62,139 nucleotides of DNA from an uncultured Clostridia bacterium (GTDB taxonomy: Bacteria; Bacillota; Clostridia; TANB77; CAG-508): positions 1 to 62,139 of the forward strand of contig CAKPHD010000003.1 in NCBI GenBank assembly GCA_934155625.1, read 5' to 3'. Shown one piece after another: positions 9,076 to 19,271 of this stretch (position 1 is the first letter of the stretch; every line of letters starts with the position of its first letter). The notes under the pieces are model-generated. The model saw only the letters and a list, made by a program, of their open reading frames with translations. It did no database searches and had not been told where the DNA came from. The position numbers and the translations under genes are program-made.

Positions 9076-9930
9076 TCAAGAATTATTTTTATTCATAAAT
9101 TTATTGAATTCAGCTCCCAAAAACACAGTATAAAAGCAAGAATAAGTCCACATCATAACAAGCATCAAAGTAGTTAAACTTCCATAGGTAATAGAAAATC
9201 CTTTAAAAATTGTCAAATATCTTGAAAATACAAATGATATTATATTAAGTGAAATAGCTCCAAATAATGCACCATACACTTGGCTTTTAATTGATACCCT
9301 ATGTTTTGGCATAAACTTATATAACAACAAGAATACTACAAATGTTGCAAATATAACCCCTAACTGTGTCATAATTGATGATATTAAGTTATAATTCTCC
9401 AATGCTCCAAAATTCTCTTTAATTATATCTATAGCACCATTTCCAAACACTAATATTGTCAATCCCATCACTATCATTATAATAAACAAAATTGTTTCTA
9501 ATAAAACTTTTACTCTTAAATATATATATGAAGTTATTTTTTTACTTTTAGTCTGGTAAACTGTTTGTAACCCTGCTGTTAATGCGTAAAATCCTTTTCC
9601 AGCTGACCATAATGTGAATATTATGGAAACTGAAATTGTTCCTATAGATTTCGAATATACTTCTTGAACTATTCCTAACACCATTTCGCTCATACTTGAT
9701 GGAATAACTTTTGAAATTGCATCAAATAGTGTTTGTGGCGCTATTCCCGTATATTGAATCAATGTTATCAACAAAATTACAAATGGTATAAATGATAATA
9801 TCGTGTAATATGCACATTGTGCTGCACTTTCGCTTATATGGTCTCTTTTCATATTTTCTGTTAATTCTTGAAATTTTTGATATTTTTCTCTTAATTTGGA
9901 TTTATCCATTTTGTCTTTCATTCCTTTCAC
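9076..9930 (-). CDS. YihY/virulence factor BrkB family membrane protein
   Basis: 284 aa, about 6 TM helices, family-typical AAQCAYYTILSFIPFVILL motif. The start is uncertain: GTG at 9930, ATG at 9921 or ATG at 9909. Confidence 0.75.
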   Translation of the reverse strand: MKGMKDKMDKSKLREKYQKFQELTENMKRDHISESAAQCAYYTILSFIPFVILLITLIQYTGIAPQTLFDAISKVIPSSMSEMVLGIVQEVYSKSIGTISVSIIFTLWSAGKGFYALTAGLQTVYQTKSKKITSYIYLRVKVLLETILFIIMIVMGLTILVFGNGAIDIIKENFGALENYNLISSIMTQLGVIFATFVVFLLLYKFMPKHRVSIKSQVYGALFGAISLNIISFVFSRYLTIFKGFSITYGSLTTLMLVMMWTYSCFYTVFLGAEFNKFMNKNNS

Positions 9931-10013
9931 ACCTTATCAATTATTATTCTATCATATTAACTTTTATATTTCTATATTTCATTAAAAATTACTGAAATTC
10001 TTGAAAAAACATG

Positions 10014-10061
10014 TTGACAAATATTTCCGCTCATGGTATACTAAATAACTAGAATAGTATA
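10014..10061 (+). promoter_or_regulatory. sigma-A promoter with extended -10 plus a candidate TetR operator palindrome
   Basis: TTGACA (10014-10019), 17-nt spacer, TGgTATACT (10034-10042). Palindrome TATACTA-N11-TAGTATA (10037-10061) overlaps the -10 and the TSS region ahead of the TetR gene. Confidence 0.6.
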
Positions 10062-10084
10062 TCAGTATACAGGAGGTGTTAATC

Positions 10085-10651
10085 TTGAAAGAAGAACAAA
10101 TTATAGAAGTTGCTAGAGAGCTATTCCATAAATTCGGATTTAAAAAAGTATCTATGGATGAAATCGCTAGAGAAGCTGGTGTTACCAAAAAAACAATTTA
10201 CCGTTACTTTGATAGTAAAGAAGCTTTACTTGAATACTTTATCCAAGAAGAAATCCAAAATATGAAAGCAATTGTAGAAGAGGTCGAAAGTAAAAATCTA
10301 GACTTTTTTGATACCGTAAATGAAGCAACTTGTAAATTATTAAAATACAGAAAAGAAAAAGACTTTTTAAATATAATTTCCAAAGAAGCTGAATGGTTAA
10401 AAAACCCAATTATTATAAAAAATCTAACATTGATTGACACACAAATTCAAAATTACATCAAAAGTAAACTACAAAAAGCAAAAGAAAAAGGGTTTATCGA
10501 ATTCACTGACTTAGATGTCACATCATTTTTAGTTTATAAAATGTATATGGCTCTAATTCTTGAGTGGACTGATAAAGATAAAACAATGGATGAACAAATG
10601 ATAGCAAATAGTATATCAGAAATTATAAAAAAAGGATTAAGAAAGGAATGA
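10085..10651 (+). CDS. TetR/AcrR family transcriptional regulator
   Basis: N-terminal HTH ARELFHKFGFKKVSMDEIAREAGVTKKTIYRYFDSKEALL. Probable TTG start at 10085, 8 nt after AGGAGG; the track ORF begins at an in-frame GTG at 10076. Confidence 0.85.
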   Translation: MKEEQIIEVARELFHKFGFKKVSMDEIAREAGVTKKTIYRYFDSKEALLEYFIQEEIQNMKAIVEEVESKNLDFFDTVNEATCKLLKYRKEKDFLNIISKEAEWLKNPIIIKNLTLIDTQIQNYIKSKLQKAKEKGFIEFTDLDVTSFLVYKMYMALILEWTDKDKTMDEQMIANSISEIIKKGLRKE

Positions 10652-10658
10652 TTTTATT

Positions 10659-12737
10659 ATGAAAAAAGAAAAAATCTTAAAAATCTTGATTTTTGCTGTA
10701 GTTTTATTAATCCCTATTATCTATAGCTTTTTCTATTTAAAATCTTATTGGAATCCATATGGAACTTTAAGTGACATGAAAATAGCAGTAGTTAACTTAG
10801 ATAGTGGAAAAGATGACAAAAATCAAGGAAATGAATTTGTACAAAGTCTAAAAGACAGTGCAACATTTAATATTTGCGAAGTAAGCAAAGAAGACGCAAA
10901 TGATGGAATGGAAAAAGGTGATTATTATGCAACAATAGAAATTCCAGAAAATTTCACAGCATGTTTAGAAAGTGGTGCAACTACTGATAAACAAGTTGCT
11001 CAAATAACATACAGACCAAACCAAGCCACAAACTATTTAGCAACACAAATTATAAATAGTGCTGTAAAAACTATCGAATTAAACCTACAATCAAAAGTTG
11101 ATAGAGAAATCATTGCAAATCTATCAGATAAATTAAACGAAGTTCCAGATAGCTTACAAACTATAAGTGATGGTGCTAGTTCAATTTTAGATGGTTCTCA
11201 AAATTTAAATGATGGAATTAAACAACTTAATGATGGTACAAACCAATTAAGTAGTAGTTATAAAGAATTTGACAATGGTGTAGCATCAGCTTATACAGGA
11301 AGTCAAAGTCTAGAAAGTGGATTATCTCAAGTTTCTACTGGTGTTGATACATTAAAAAATGGTGGTCAAACTCTAGATAGTGCTATATCTCAAATAAATG
11401 CTGGTGTTGATGAATTATCAGCTCAAAGTAATTCAGGCATCGTTTCATTAGCTAGTGGTGTAAATGATTTAAATACTGGTGCAGCTAATTTGAATACAAA
11501 ACTACCAGAATATGTTGGAAAAGTAGAATATTTAAATTCTAATGTAAAACCTCTTTTACAAGCACTTTCTAATTATTCTGATGGTGATACTCAAACATTA
11601 CAGTATTTAATTGCTAGTGCTAATCAATTATTAGCTCAAGACCCTGAAAAAGGTAACCTAGATGGTTTCCAACAATTAACTATTGGAGGTCAAGCTTTAA
11701 CAACTGGAGCAAACGATTTATATGCCGGAACTCAAAAATTAGTAGCTGGAACTCAAGATTTAGGAAAATTAACAACTGGTGTTCAAAGTTTAAAATCAGC
11801 TCTAACTCAAGTAAAACAAGGTACATCTTCATTAAATCAAGGAATTGCAACTTTATCTAATGGTACAGTTCAATTAACAGCTGGAAGTTCTACATTAACA
11901 AATGGATTAGCAACTTTAAATTCAAATTCTAAAACAATTGATAATGCTTTAACCACATTAAATGCTGGAACTGCTTCTGCTTATGATGGAAGTAACAAAT
12001 TAGTTGAAGGTGTTCAAACATTCAAGACATCTATTGATGAAGGCCTTGCTAATACTAAAGAACAATTAAAATCATTAAAAGGAATCGAAGATTTTGGAGC
12101 TAAACCTGTTGAATTCAAAACAGAAGCTTATGGTGAAGTAAATTCTTATGGTATCGCCTTTACCCCATTATTCTTATGTATTGGTTTATGGGTTGGTGCT
12201 TTAATGGCTTATGTTGTTCTATACTATGATCAAAAACATAGATTTAAAATCTTTGACCATGATTATAAAAATAAAATATTACAAAATATTGCATACATTG
12301 GACTTGGTGCTTTACAAGGTCTAATTGTAGCTATACTTTTAAAATTAGGTTTAGGTTTTGATATTCAAAACAATGCATTATATTACACAGCAAGTATTTT
12401 AGTTGGTATTACTTTTGTAAGTATTATACAATTCTTAATTAGAAATTTCGGTGATATTGGAAAATTCTTAGCATTAGTTGTTTTAGTATTACAATTAGCA
12501 GCTTCTGGTGGTACATTCCCTATCGAAACAATTGATAAAGGATTCCAAGGACTTACATCATACTTACCTATGACATACTCAATCAAATTATTCAGAGAAA
12601 TTTTAGTTCCAACTGCTACAAATTTCAAAGGTCAATATTTAGGTATTTTAGTTGGTATTACAGTTGTTACTTTGGCAATTACTTGTATAGTTGATGTTAT
12701 TAAACATAAAAAGTCAACTGAAGAAGCTAAAGCATAA
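10659..12737 (+). CDS. YhgE/Pip domain-containing membrane protein (ABC-2-like permease family)
   Basis: 692 aa. N-terminal TM, a long Q/N/S/T/L-rich helical-repeat ectodomain (LxxGxxxL periodicity) and a C-terminal block of about 5 TM helices. Classic pairing with an upstream TetR gene. Confidence 0.8.
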   Translation: MKKEKILKILIFAVVLLIPIIYSFFYLKSYWNPYGTLSDMKIAVVNLDSGKDDKNQGNEFVQSLKDSATFNICEVSKEDANDGMEKGDYYATIEIPENFTACLESGATTDKQVAQITYRPNQATNYLATQIINSAVKTIELNLQSKVDREIIANLSDKLNEVPDSLQTISDGASSILDGSQNLNDGIKQLNDGTNQLSSSYKEFDNGVASAYTGSQSLESGLSQVSTGVDTLKNGGQTLDSAISQINAGVDELSAQSNSGIVSLASGVNDLNTGAANLNTKLPEYVGKVEYLNSNVKPLLQALSNYSDGDTQTLQYLIASANQLLAQDPEKGNLDGFQQLTIGGQALTTGANDLYAGTQKLVAGTQDLGKLTTGVQSLKSALTQVKQGTSSLNQGIATLSNGTVQLTAGSSTLTNGLATLNSNSKTIDNALTTLNAGTASAYDGSNKLVEGVQTFKTSIDEGLANTKEQLKSLKGIEDFGAKPVEFKTEAYGEVNSYGIAFTPLFLCIGLWVGALMAYVVLYYDQKHRFKIFDHDYKNKILQNIAYIGLGALQGLIVAILLKLGLGFDIQNNALYYTASILVGITFVSIIQFLIRNFGDIGKFLALVVLVLQLAASGGTFPIETIDKGFQGLTSYLPMTYSIKLFREILVPTATNFKGQYLGILVGITVVTLAITCIVDVIKHKKSTEEAKA

Positions 12738-12827
12738 TATATAAAAGACAAAAAAATCACAAAAGTCAAACGACTTTCGTGATTTTTTTCGCATTTTTCA
12801 AATGACTTTTGTGCAAAGCCTCACATT

Positions 12828-15425
12828 TTATATACGACTTATAAATAAACCATCTTGATTACTATCAATTTTTACTGTTGTATTAGGCAATATTTCTTGC
12901 GATAAAATCTTTTTAGCAATTAAAGTCTCAAGCTTTTTCTGTACAAATCTCTTTAAAGGTCTTGCACCATAAACTTCATCATAACCATTGTCTATTAAAT
13001 AATCTTTAGCAGATTGAGTTAATTCAAGTTTGATGTGTTTATCTTCAAGTCTTCTTTCCAAATCTTTAATTAGAAGTTCTAATATTTTTGATATTTCTGT
13101 TTTACGAAGTGGTTTATAAAATACTATTTCATCTAATCTGTTTAAAAATTCTGGTCTAAAGCTTCTCTTTAATAATTCCTCTACTTTATTTTTAGCCTCT
13201 TCTGAAATCTCTCCATTTTCCTGAATTCCTTCTAAAATATATTCAGAGCCTAAGTTTGATGTTAATATTATAATCGTATTTTTAAAATCTACAGTTCTGC
13301 CTTGTGAGTCTGTAATACGTCCATCATCTAAGACTTGCAACAATACATTAAATACGTCTGGATGTGCTTTTTCTATTTCATCAAATAATACAACTGAATA
13401 TGGTCTTCTTCTAACAGCTTCTGTTAATTGTCCACCTTCATCATATCCTACATATCCTGGAGGCGCACCAATTAATCTTGAAACAGAATATTTTTCCATA
13501 TATTCAGACATATCAATTCTTACCATATTATGCTCATCATCAAATAGTGCTTCTGCAAGTGATTTTGCAAGCTCTGTTTTACCAACACCTGTTGGACCTA
13601 AAAACATGAATGAACCTATTGGTCTACGTGGATCTCCTATACCGGCTCTTGAACGCATAATTGCTTCTGAAACCTTTTCAACAGCTTCGTCTTGACCTAT
13701 TACTCTCTTATGAAGAATTTTATCTAGGTTTAGAATTTTTTCTCTTTCACCTTCCATTAATTTAGTAACAGGGATTCCTGTCCATCTTGATATGATTTTT
13801 GCAATTTCTTCATCTGTTACTTTATTTCTTAATAATCCATCTTCTTTGCTCTTTTCTGAAATTTCTTCCTCTTTTTCTAGCTCTTTTTGTAATTCTGGAA
13901 GTTTACCATATCTTAATTCTGCAACTTTATTTAAGTCATAACTTCTTTCTGCTTGTTCAATTTGAGCATTTGTCTGTTCGATTTCTTCACGTAATTTCTG
14001 AACTTTTCCAATAGCAGTTTTTTCATTTTCCCATTTTGCCTTCATTGCATCAAATTTTGTTTTTAATTCTGCTTTTTCTTTTTGAATATCTGCTAAACGT
14101 TGTTTTGAAATTTCGTCTTTTTCTTTACTTAAAGCTGTTTCTTCTATTTCTAATTGCATAATTTTTCTAGAAACTTCATCAAGTTCCGTTGGCATTGATT
14201 CCATCTCTGTTTTGATCATTGCACATGCTTCATCAATCAAGTCAATTGCTTTGTCTGGCAAAAATCTATCTGATATATATCTATGTGATAATGTTGCTGC
14301 TGAAATTAAAGCATTATCTGATATTTTTACACCATGATATACTTCATATCTTTCTTTCAAGCCTCTTAAAATTGAAATTGTATCTTCTACTGAAGGTTCA
14401 TCTACCATTACTGGTTGGAAACGTCTTTCTAGTGCTTGGTCTTTTTCAATATATTGTCTGTATTCATTTAAAGTTGTAGCCCCAATGCAATGTAATTCAC
14501 CTCTTGCCAACATTGGTTTTAACAAGTTTCCTGCATCCATTGCACCATCTGTTTTTCCTGCACCTACAATTGTGTGAATTTCATCAATAAATAAAATTAT
14601 ACGTCCTTCACTCTTTTTTACTTCTTGTAGTACAGCTTTTAGTCTTTCTTCGAATTCTCCTCTATATTTAGCTCCTGCTATTAATAGACCCATATCAAGT
14701 GAAAATATGCTACATTCTTTTAAGCCTTCTGGCACATCTCCTCTAACAATTCTTAGAGCTAATCCTTCTGCAATAGCAGTTTTACCAACACCAGGTTCAC
14801 CAATTAAACATGGATTGTTTTTGGTTTTTCTTGATAAAATTCTAATAACATTTCTAATTTCAGAATCTCTACCAATTACAGGATCCAGCTTTTGCTCTCT
14901 TGCCATTTCGGTTAAATCTTGGCCATACTTTTTAAGAACATCATAAGTATCTTCTGGATTATCAGAAGTAACTCTTGTGTTACCTCTAACCTCTGACAAA
15001 GCTTTTAGAAATTCATTTTTAGTAATGCTATATCTACGTAATAAATCTTTAATTTTGCTATTAGCATCATCAAAAATCCCAATCATAATATGTTCAACAG
15101 AAACATATTCATCTTTCATCTTTTTAGCAATGTTTTCTGCATCAGCCAATGTCTTATTAACATCTTGTGACACATAAATGCTATCATTCTGTGTAGCTCC
15201 TCCAGTAATTCTTGGCATATTATTAATTATGTTGCCAAGTTCATCTTCTAGCCCATCTATTGTACTAATTTTTTTCAATAACTCTTTAATCAAGCTATTG
15301 TCTTGCTCCAATAAAGCTAATAATAAGTGTTCTTGCTCTACTTGTGCATTTTGCCTTTCTGCTGCTAATGTTTGTGCACTTTGTATTGCTTCTAATGATT
15401 TTTGAGTAAATTTTTGAATATTCAT
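12828..15425 (-). CDS. clpB: ATP-dependent chaperone ClpB
   Basis: 865 aa. Clp N-domain, AAA-1 [10 protein letters not shown], a long middle coiled-coil, AAA-2 [12 protein letters not shown], and a C-terminal D2-small domain. Confidence 0.95.
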   Translation of the reverse strand: MNIQKFTQKSLEAIQSAQTLAAERQNAQVEQEHLLLALLEQDNSLIKELLKKISTIDGLEDELGNIINNMPRITGGATQNDSIYVSQDVNKTLADAENIAKKMKDEYVSVEHIMIGIFDDANSKIKDLLRRYSITKNEFLKALSEVRGNTRVTSDNPEDTYDVLKKYGQDLTEMAREQKLDPVIGRDSEIRNVIRILSRKTKNNPCLIGEPGVGKTAIAEGLALRIVRGDVPEGLKECSIFSLDMGLLIAGAKYRGEFEERLKAVLQEVKKSEGRIILFIDEIHTIVGAGKTDGAMDAGNLLKPMLARGELHCIGATTLNEYRQYIEKDQALERRFQPVMVDEPSVEDTISILRGLKERYEVYHGVKISDNALISAATLSHRYISDRFLPDKAIDLIDEACAMIKTEMESMPTELDEVSRKIMQLEIEETALSKEKDEISKQRLADIQKEKAELKTKFDAMKAKWENEKTAIGKVQKLREEIEQTNAQIEQAERSYDLNKVAELRYGKLPELQKELEKEEEISEKSKEDGLLRNKVTDEEIAKIISRWTGIPVTKLMEGEREKILNLDKILHKRVIGQDEAVEKVSEAIMRSRAGIGDPRRPIGSFMFLGPTGVGKTELAKSLAEALFDDEHNMVRIDMSEYMEKYSVSRLIGAPPGYVGYDEGGQLTEAVRRRPYSVVLFDEIEKAHPDVFNVLLQVLDDGRITDSQGRTVDFKNTIIILTSNLGSEYILEGIQENGEISEEAKNKVEELLKRSFRPEFLNRLDEIVFYKPLRKTEISKILELLIKDLERRLEDKHIKLELTQSAKDYLIDNGYDEVYGARPLKRFVQKKLETLIAKKILSQEILPNTTVKIDSNQDGLFISRI

Positions 15426-15443
15426 AATACCTACCTCCTTTTT

Positions 15444-15510
15444 GGTACTTTTGGGACCGGTTCTTATCGGTGCATTTTTGGTACTTTTGGGACCGGTTCT
15501 TATCGGTGCA
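15444..15510. repeat. REP-like doublet (two identical direct units, 36-bp period) inside the clpB 5' leader
   Basis: GGTACTTTTGGGACCGGTTCTTATCGGTGCA at 15444-15474 and again at 15480-15510. Confidence 0.9.
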
Positions 15511-15586
15511 TTTATCTTATAGTTTTAGACCAGAAACTTGATGTCCCGGCCTTTTTACTTTTATTATATATCTTTTGACATTTATT

Positions 15587-15629
15587 ATTATATCACTTTG
15601 TTTTAGCAGAGTCAATAGTAGAGTGCTAA
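15587..15629 (-). promoter_or_regulatory. clpB sigma-A promoter overlapped by a CIRCE-like (HrcA operator-like) element
   Basis: Minus strand: TTAGCACTC-TACTATTGA-CTCTGCTAA (15629-15603), compared with the CIRCE consensus TTAGCACTC-N9-GAGTGCTAA. -35 TTGACT (15615-15610), 17-nt spacer, -10 TATAAT (15592-15587). Confidence 0.55.
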
Positions 15630-15676
15630 TTTATATCAAAAAAAATCCTAGGATTTTATAACCCTAAGATTTGATA

Positions 15677-15762
15677 TGGTGGACAGGGAAGGATTCGAAC
15701 CTTCGTACTCGTATGAGAACAGATTTACAGTCTGCCGCCTTTAGCCACTCGGCCACCTGTCC
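15677..15762 (-). tRNA. tRNA-Tyr (anticodon GTA), CCA encoded
   Basis: Reverse complement GGACAGGTGGCCGAGTGGCTAAAGGCGGCAGACTGTAAATCTGTTCTCATACGAGTACGAAGGTTCGAATCCTTCCCTGTCCACCA. Long variable arm, anticodon loop CTGTAAA. Confidence 0.92.
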
Positions 15763-15792
15763 AAATTTTTTATTACTTATGTAATAAAAAAA

Positions 15793-15869
15793 TGGTGCTC
15801 CCACTAGGACTTGAACCTAGGACCTACCGGTTATGAGCCGGTTGCTCTAACCAACTGAGCTATAGGAGC
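15793..15869 (-). tRNA. tRNA with CAT anticodon (elongator Met or lysidine-modified Ile2; not initiator-like), CCA encoded
   Basis: Reverse complement GCTCCTATAGCTCAGTTGGTTAGAGCAACCGGCTCATAACCGGTAGGTCCTAGGTTCAAGTCCTAGTGGGAGCACCA. Anticodon loop CTCATAA. No triple G-C run in the anticodon stem and a paired 1:72 position, so not fMet. Confidence 0.88.
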
Positions 15870-16011
15870 ATGTCATTATTTTGTTATTGCTCAACGCAGT
15901 TCTTAGTATACCCTATTTATTTTTAATTGTCAATACTTTTTCAAAAAAATTTTAACATTTTTTTATTTTTGTCATATTATGTAATATACAATCAAGAAAA
16001 GGAGGATTAAT

Positions 16012-16377
16012 ATGTTTACGCGTAGATATCAAAAATGCCGTTGCATGAATAATAATGCATGTTGCAATACTGCAAATAACATGCTCGAAGACAAATGTAA
16101 TGATGTTTGTCCTTGTGATTATGAAATGAATGTTGCAGACGAATGTGAATGTGGATTTGACGAAGAATATGAAATGAGTGTTTTTCCAGAAAATCCAATG
16201 TTAGCTCAAAGTTATGTTCCTTGGCAATACATGGATAAAACTTTCAAACCTTGTGTTGGTTTAAAAATGGGAACAATCTTCCCTGAATTAGTAAGTCCTT
16301 ATATGCCTTGCCAATCTATGAGAGTTAACGAATTCTTAGAAGCAACAAATACTATTGGAGAGGGGTGCAATAAATAA
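16012..16377 (+). CDS. cotJA: spore coat-associated protein CotJA
   Basis: 121 aa. CotJA signature LAQSYVPWQ....F.P..GLKMGTIFPELVSPY. Cys-rich N-terminal extension. GGAGG RBS. Confidence 0.8.
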   Translation: MFTRRYQKCRCMNNNACCNTANNMLEDKCNDVCPCDYEMNVADECECGFDEEYEMSVFPENPMLAQSYVPWQYMDKTFKPCVGLKMGTIFPELVSPYMPCQSMRVNEFLEATNTIGEGCNK

Positions 16378-16736
16378 TGATGAATAATACAAATAGAAAC
16401 TGCAATTGTATGGGCAATACGAATACTATGAATTCTATGCCTACAATGACAACAAACACTATAAATATGTCTTTTAATGATGACTGTAGACCAACTCAAA
16501 AAGAAATGTTGCAAAATATCAAATGCTTAAATTTTGCTATAATTGAATTAGGTCTTTATTTAGACACTCATCCTGATGATGAAAAAGCTCTTTGTTTACA
16601 CAGAAAATATTGTAAAGAGTATAGAGAATTAACTGACAAATATCAAAAAGTTTATGGGCCTTTGACAATCCAATTTCCTTGTAATAAATGGAGATGGCTT
16701 GAAGAACCATGGCCTTGGGAAGGAGGAATTGTTTAA
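16377..16736 (+). CDS. cotJB: spore coat protein CotJB
   Basis: 119 aa. LNFAIIELGLYLDTHPDDEKAL..HRKY..EYRELTDKYQKVYGPLT is typical of CotJB. The start overlaps the cotJA stop by 1 nt. Confidence 0.85.
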   Translation: MMNNTNRNCNCMGNTNTMNSMPTMTTNTINMSFNDDCRPTQKEMLQNIKCLNFAIIELGLYLDTHPDDEKALCLHRKYCKEYRELTDKYQKVYGPLTIQFPCNKWRWLEEPWPWEGGIV

Positions 16737-17360
16737 ATGTGGACTTATAATAAAGTTTTAGAATATCCAATTAATATTAAATGCTCAGACCCACGTCTTG
16801 CAAAAGTTATTATTAGCCAATATGGAGGTCCAGATGGAGAACTTGCTGCCTCTCTTAGATATTTATCTCAAAGATTCGGTATGCCAGACCAAAAAGCTAA
16901 AGCTATTTTAAATGATATTGGTACAGAAGAATTAGCTCACCTAGAAATGGTTGGCACTATTGTTCATCAATTAACAAAAAATGCCTCAATTGAAGAAATT
17001 GAAACTGCAGGTCTAAGTGCATATTATACAGACCATGGTGTAGATGTATATCCACAATCAGCTGCAGGAGTACCATTTGATGCAAATTGTTTAGCTTGTA
17101 AAGGAGATGCTATTGCAAACTTACAAGAAGACTTAGCAGCAGAACAAAAAGCACGTGCCACTTATGAAAAATTAATAGATTTATGTAGAGATAATCCAGA
17201 TGTAGTAGACCCTCTTCGATTCTTACGTGAAAGAGAAGTTGTTCACTTCCAAAGATTTGGTGAGGCTTTAAGAGGTGTTCAAGATAAACTAGCAGAAAAG
17301 AAATTTTATATGAATGATGGTAGTTGCTTAGATATGCAACAAAATGATTGTAATTGTTAA
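16737..17360 (+). CDS. cotJC: spore coat protein CotJC (manganese catalase family)
   Basis: 207 aa. DPRLAKVIISQYGGPDGELAASLRYLSQRF and EELAHLEM motifs. Short Cys-rich C-terminal tail. Confidence 0.9.
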   Translation: MWTYNKVLEYPINIKCSDPRLAKVIISQYGGPDGELAASLRYLSQRFGMPDQKAKAILNDIGTEELAHLEMVGTIVHQLTKNASIEEIETAGLSAYYTDHGVDVYPQSAAGVPFDANCLACKGDAIANLQEDLAAEQKARATYEKLIDLCRDNPDVVDPLRFLREREVVHFQRFGEALRGVQDKLAEKKFYMNDGSCLDMQQNDCNC

Positions 17361-17371
17361 TTTTATATATA

Positions 17372-17400
17372 AATGAACTCTGTATTGTACAGAGCTCATT
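17372..17400. terminator. bidirectional hairpin terminator between cotJC and the convergent membrane-protein gene
   Basis: AATGAACTCTGTA-TTG-TACAGAGCTCATT (13-bp stem, 1 mismatch) flanked by A/T runs. Confidence 0.6.
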
Positions 17401-17416
17401 TATTGTTTTAACTTAA

Positions 17417-17956
17417 TTATTTTAAAATTCCATATCCATTTTCTATAGGCTCCTTAAATAACCCTATTTGTGGTGTAAAATAGGTAAATAATACAAATGC
17501 CGCAAACAAGAACGTCAAAACGATTATTGCCAAATTTTTATTACATTTAAATTTAAAACTAGATGAAATCATAATTCTATAAGCTATATACTCACCTAAT
17601 ATAACTGCAACAAAGAAACTTCCAATATCTAGAATTGCAAAATTCCTACCAACCACTCCTGTATAAGTATAAAAGAAAATTATAACAAACAATATTGCAG
17701 TAACAATACCATATGTTTTTGCACATAAAAAATTAGGCACATTCTTCCCTATATAAAAATATCCTATAATTGTAGTTATCAGCATTGGAAAAAACAATAA
17801 CTTTAAATGTTCCCATGTACTTTCATTCATAGCAGAAAACGCTGCTACTATTTTATTATCCAAAGACCACTCATAAGTAAAATGTAATAAAGTCCCTAAT
17901 ATACTAACAAATATAATGCTAAATATTTGGAACTTTAAAACTTCTTTTTTGTTCAT
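17417..17956 (-). CDS. hypothetical polytopic membrane protein (DUF6512-like pattern, tentative)
   Basis: About 179 aa with 5 predicted TM helices and the motif HFTYEW....NESTWEHLKLLFFP. The ATG at 17956 has AGGAGG 8 nt upstream; the track start at 17962 is too close to the RBS. Confidence 0.6.
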   Translation of the reverse strand: MNKKEVLKFQIFSIIFVSILGTLLHFTYEWSLDNKIVAAFSAMNESTWEHLKLLFFPMLITTIIGYFYIGKNVPNFLCAKTYGIVTAILFVIIFFYTYTGVVGRNFAILDIGSFFVAVILGEYIAYRIMISSSFKFKCNKNLAIIVLTFLFAAFVLFTYFTPQIGLFKEPIENGYGILK

Positions 17957-18004
17957 ATACATTACCTCCTTGATAATATATATGATATGATTTAAAATAT
18001 TAAA

Positions 18005-18502
18005 TTATCTTTCTTGTTCTTCATTAACAAAACTATCTAAAATTTTTGCAGAACCATGTTTCTGATTTCCTATTAATATTCCATCCTCATCTCTATGAAG
18101 ATTTATAAATGCTAAAAGGTTATAATCTTCTTTTTCTAATTGTCCTTTTAATACTTTTAACGCTTGCTTTTGCTTTTTAGAAATTTCTTTAGGCATATAG
18201 AAAATTCCTGTTTTGTAGTCTGGTGATGAAGTATTTTCAGCAAATACAATATGTCCTAATTTTTGCATTTCATAAAAAACACTATTTACATCACTTCTTT
18301 CTTTTAAAGCATTTTGCAATTCCTCTTCATCTTTCATATGAGATTGCAAAAATTCTCTTATATAAAAATAATGAGCTGTATCATCCTCATCTCTAAATAT
18401 TCTCTCTACTTTTCCATCTTTATTTTCTCCATCAACTGGTCTGTCTCCATATAAAATTAAAATTTTTACTTTTTCAATTAAATTATTTTCTAATTCACTC
18501 AT
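18005..18502 (-). CDS. hypothetical cytoplasmic protein
   Basis: Acidic, soluble, no recognisable motif. The start at 18502 (MSELENN..) has a GAGGTGGAG RBS. An extended -10 promoter TGGTATAAT (18535-18527) with -35 TTGAAC (18555-18550) would put the TSS at about the upstream ATG (18520), which argues against that start. Confidence 0.55.
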   Translation of the reverse strand: MSELENNLIEKVKILILYGDRPVDGENKDGKVERIFRDEDDTAHYFYIREFLQSHMKDEEELQNALKERSDVNSVFYEMQKLGHIVFAENTSSPDYKTGIFYMPKEISKKQKQALKVLKGQLEKEDYNLLAFINLHRDEDGILIGNQKHGSAKILDSFVNEEQER

Positions 18503-18614
18503 TTTCTCCACCTCACTCATATTTATATTATACCATATTCTACAAAAAAGTTCAAATCTATTGCTTTTCCAAACTTCCGAGAGTATAATATTTCTGTAAG
18601 AAAGAAGGATTGAA

Positions 18615-19238
18615 ATGTACTTAGATTTAAAAAATAATAAAGATTATACAAAATTAATCGAACCTGCCCAAATCATAAAAAACGGAGGTTTAGTAATATT
18701 TCCAACAGAAACAGTTTATGGTATTGGAGCTAATGGATTAGATAAAAATGCTATTAAAAAAATATATGAAGCAAAACAAAGACCTTTAAATAAACCTATA
18801 AGTCTTTTAGTTAGCAATATTGGCATGATTGAAAGTGTTGCAAAAGACATTACAGATATAGAATATGCTATAATAAAAAAATTCTTTCCTGGTCCTTTAA
18901 CTATTATTTTAAATAAAAAGAAAATTGTTCCTGACGTTTTAACTGCTGGCTCTGATACTATTGGAATTCGTATGCCTGCAAATGATATTGCTTTAAATTT
19001 AATAAATTATGCTGGTGTTCCAATTGCTACTCCTAGTGCTAATATTTCTGGCAAACCAAGCGGAACCAATTTAAATGATATAATGAAAGATTTTGCTGGA
19101 AAAGTTGATTGCTTTATTGATGATGGTCCTAGCAAAATTGGCCTTGCTTCTACTATTGTTAAAGTTGTTGATGGCAAAGTTCATATTTTGAGGCAAGGTT
19201 CAATATCAATTGATGAAATAAATTCAGCTATAAAATAA
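18615..19238 (+). CDS. tsaC: L-threonylcarbamoyladenylate synthase (TsaC/YrdC/Sua5 family, short form)
   Basis: 207 aa. GGLVIFPTETVYGIGANGLD, KPISLLV and IATPSANISGKPS motifs. Confidence 0.88.
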   Translation: MYLDLKNNKDYTKLIEPAQIIKNGGLVIFPTETVYGIGANGLDKNAIKKIYEAKQRPLNKPISLLVSNIGMIESVAKDITDIEYAIIKKFFPGPLTIILNKKKIVPDVLTAGSDTIGIRMPANDIALNLINYAGVPIATPSANISGKPSGTNLNDIMKDFAGKVDCFIDDGPSKIGLASTIVKVVDGKVHILRQGSISIDEINSAIK

Positions 19239-19271
19239 AAATGAGGTTGTTATTCAACCCCATTTTTATTT

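Noticed and set aside
13799-15405. Multiple 60-165-aa ORFs antisense to long genes (for example 13799-15405 in clpB, 19702-21141 in the MATE gene, 28411-29010 in ytvI, 46036-46617 and 48052-48638 in infB, 53343-54128 in the FGE genes, 58822-61452 in the activase)
   Set aside because: Their translations are Leu/Phe/Ile/Ser-rich low-complexity strings typical of the mirror strand of AT-rich genes. They have no RBS and are fully nested in strongly supported genes.
15603-15629. CtsR operator (GGTCAAA direct heptad repeat) at the clpB promoter
   Set aside because: Only a single poor heptad (AGTCAAT) is present. The inverted TTAGCA...TGCTAA arrangement fits a degenerate CIRCE better.
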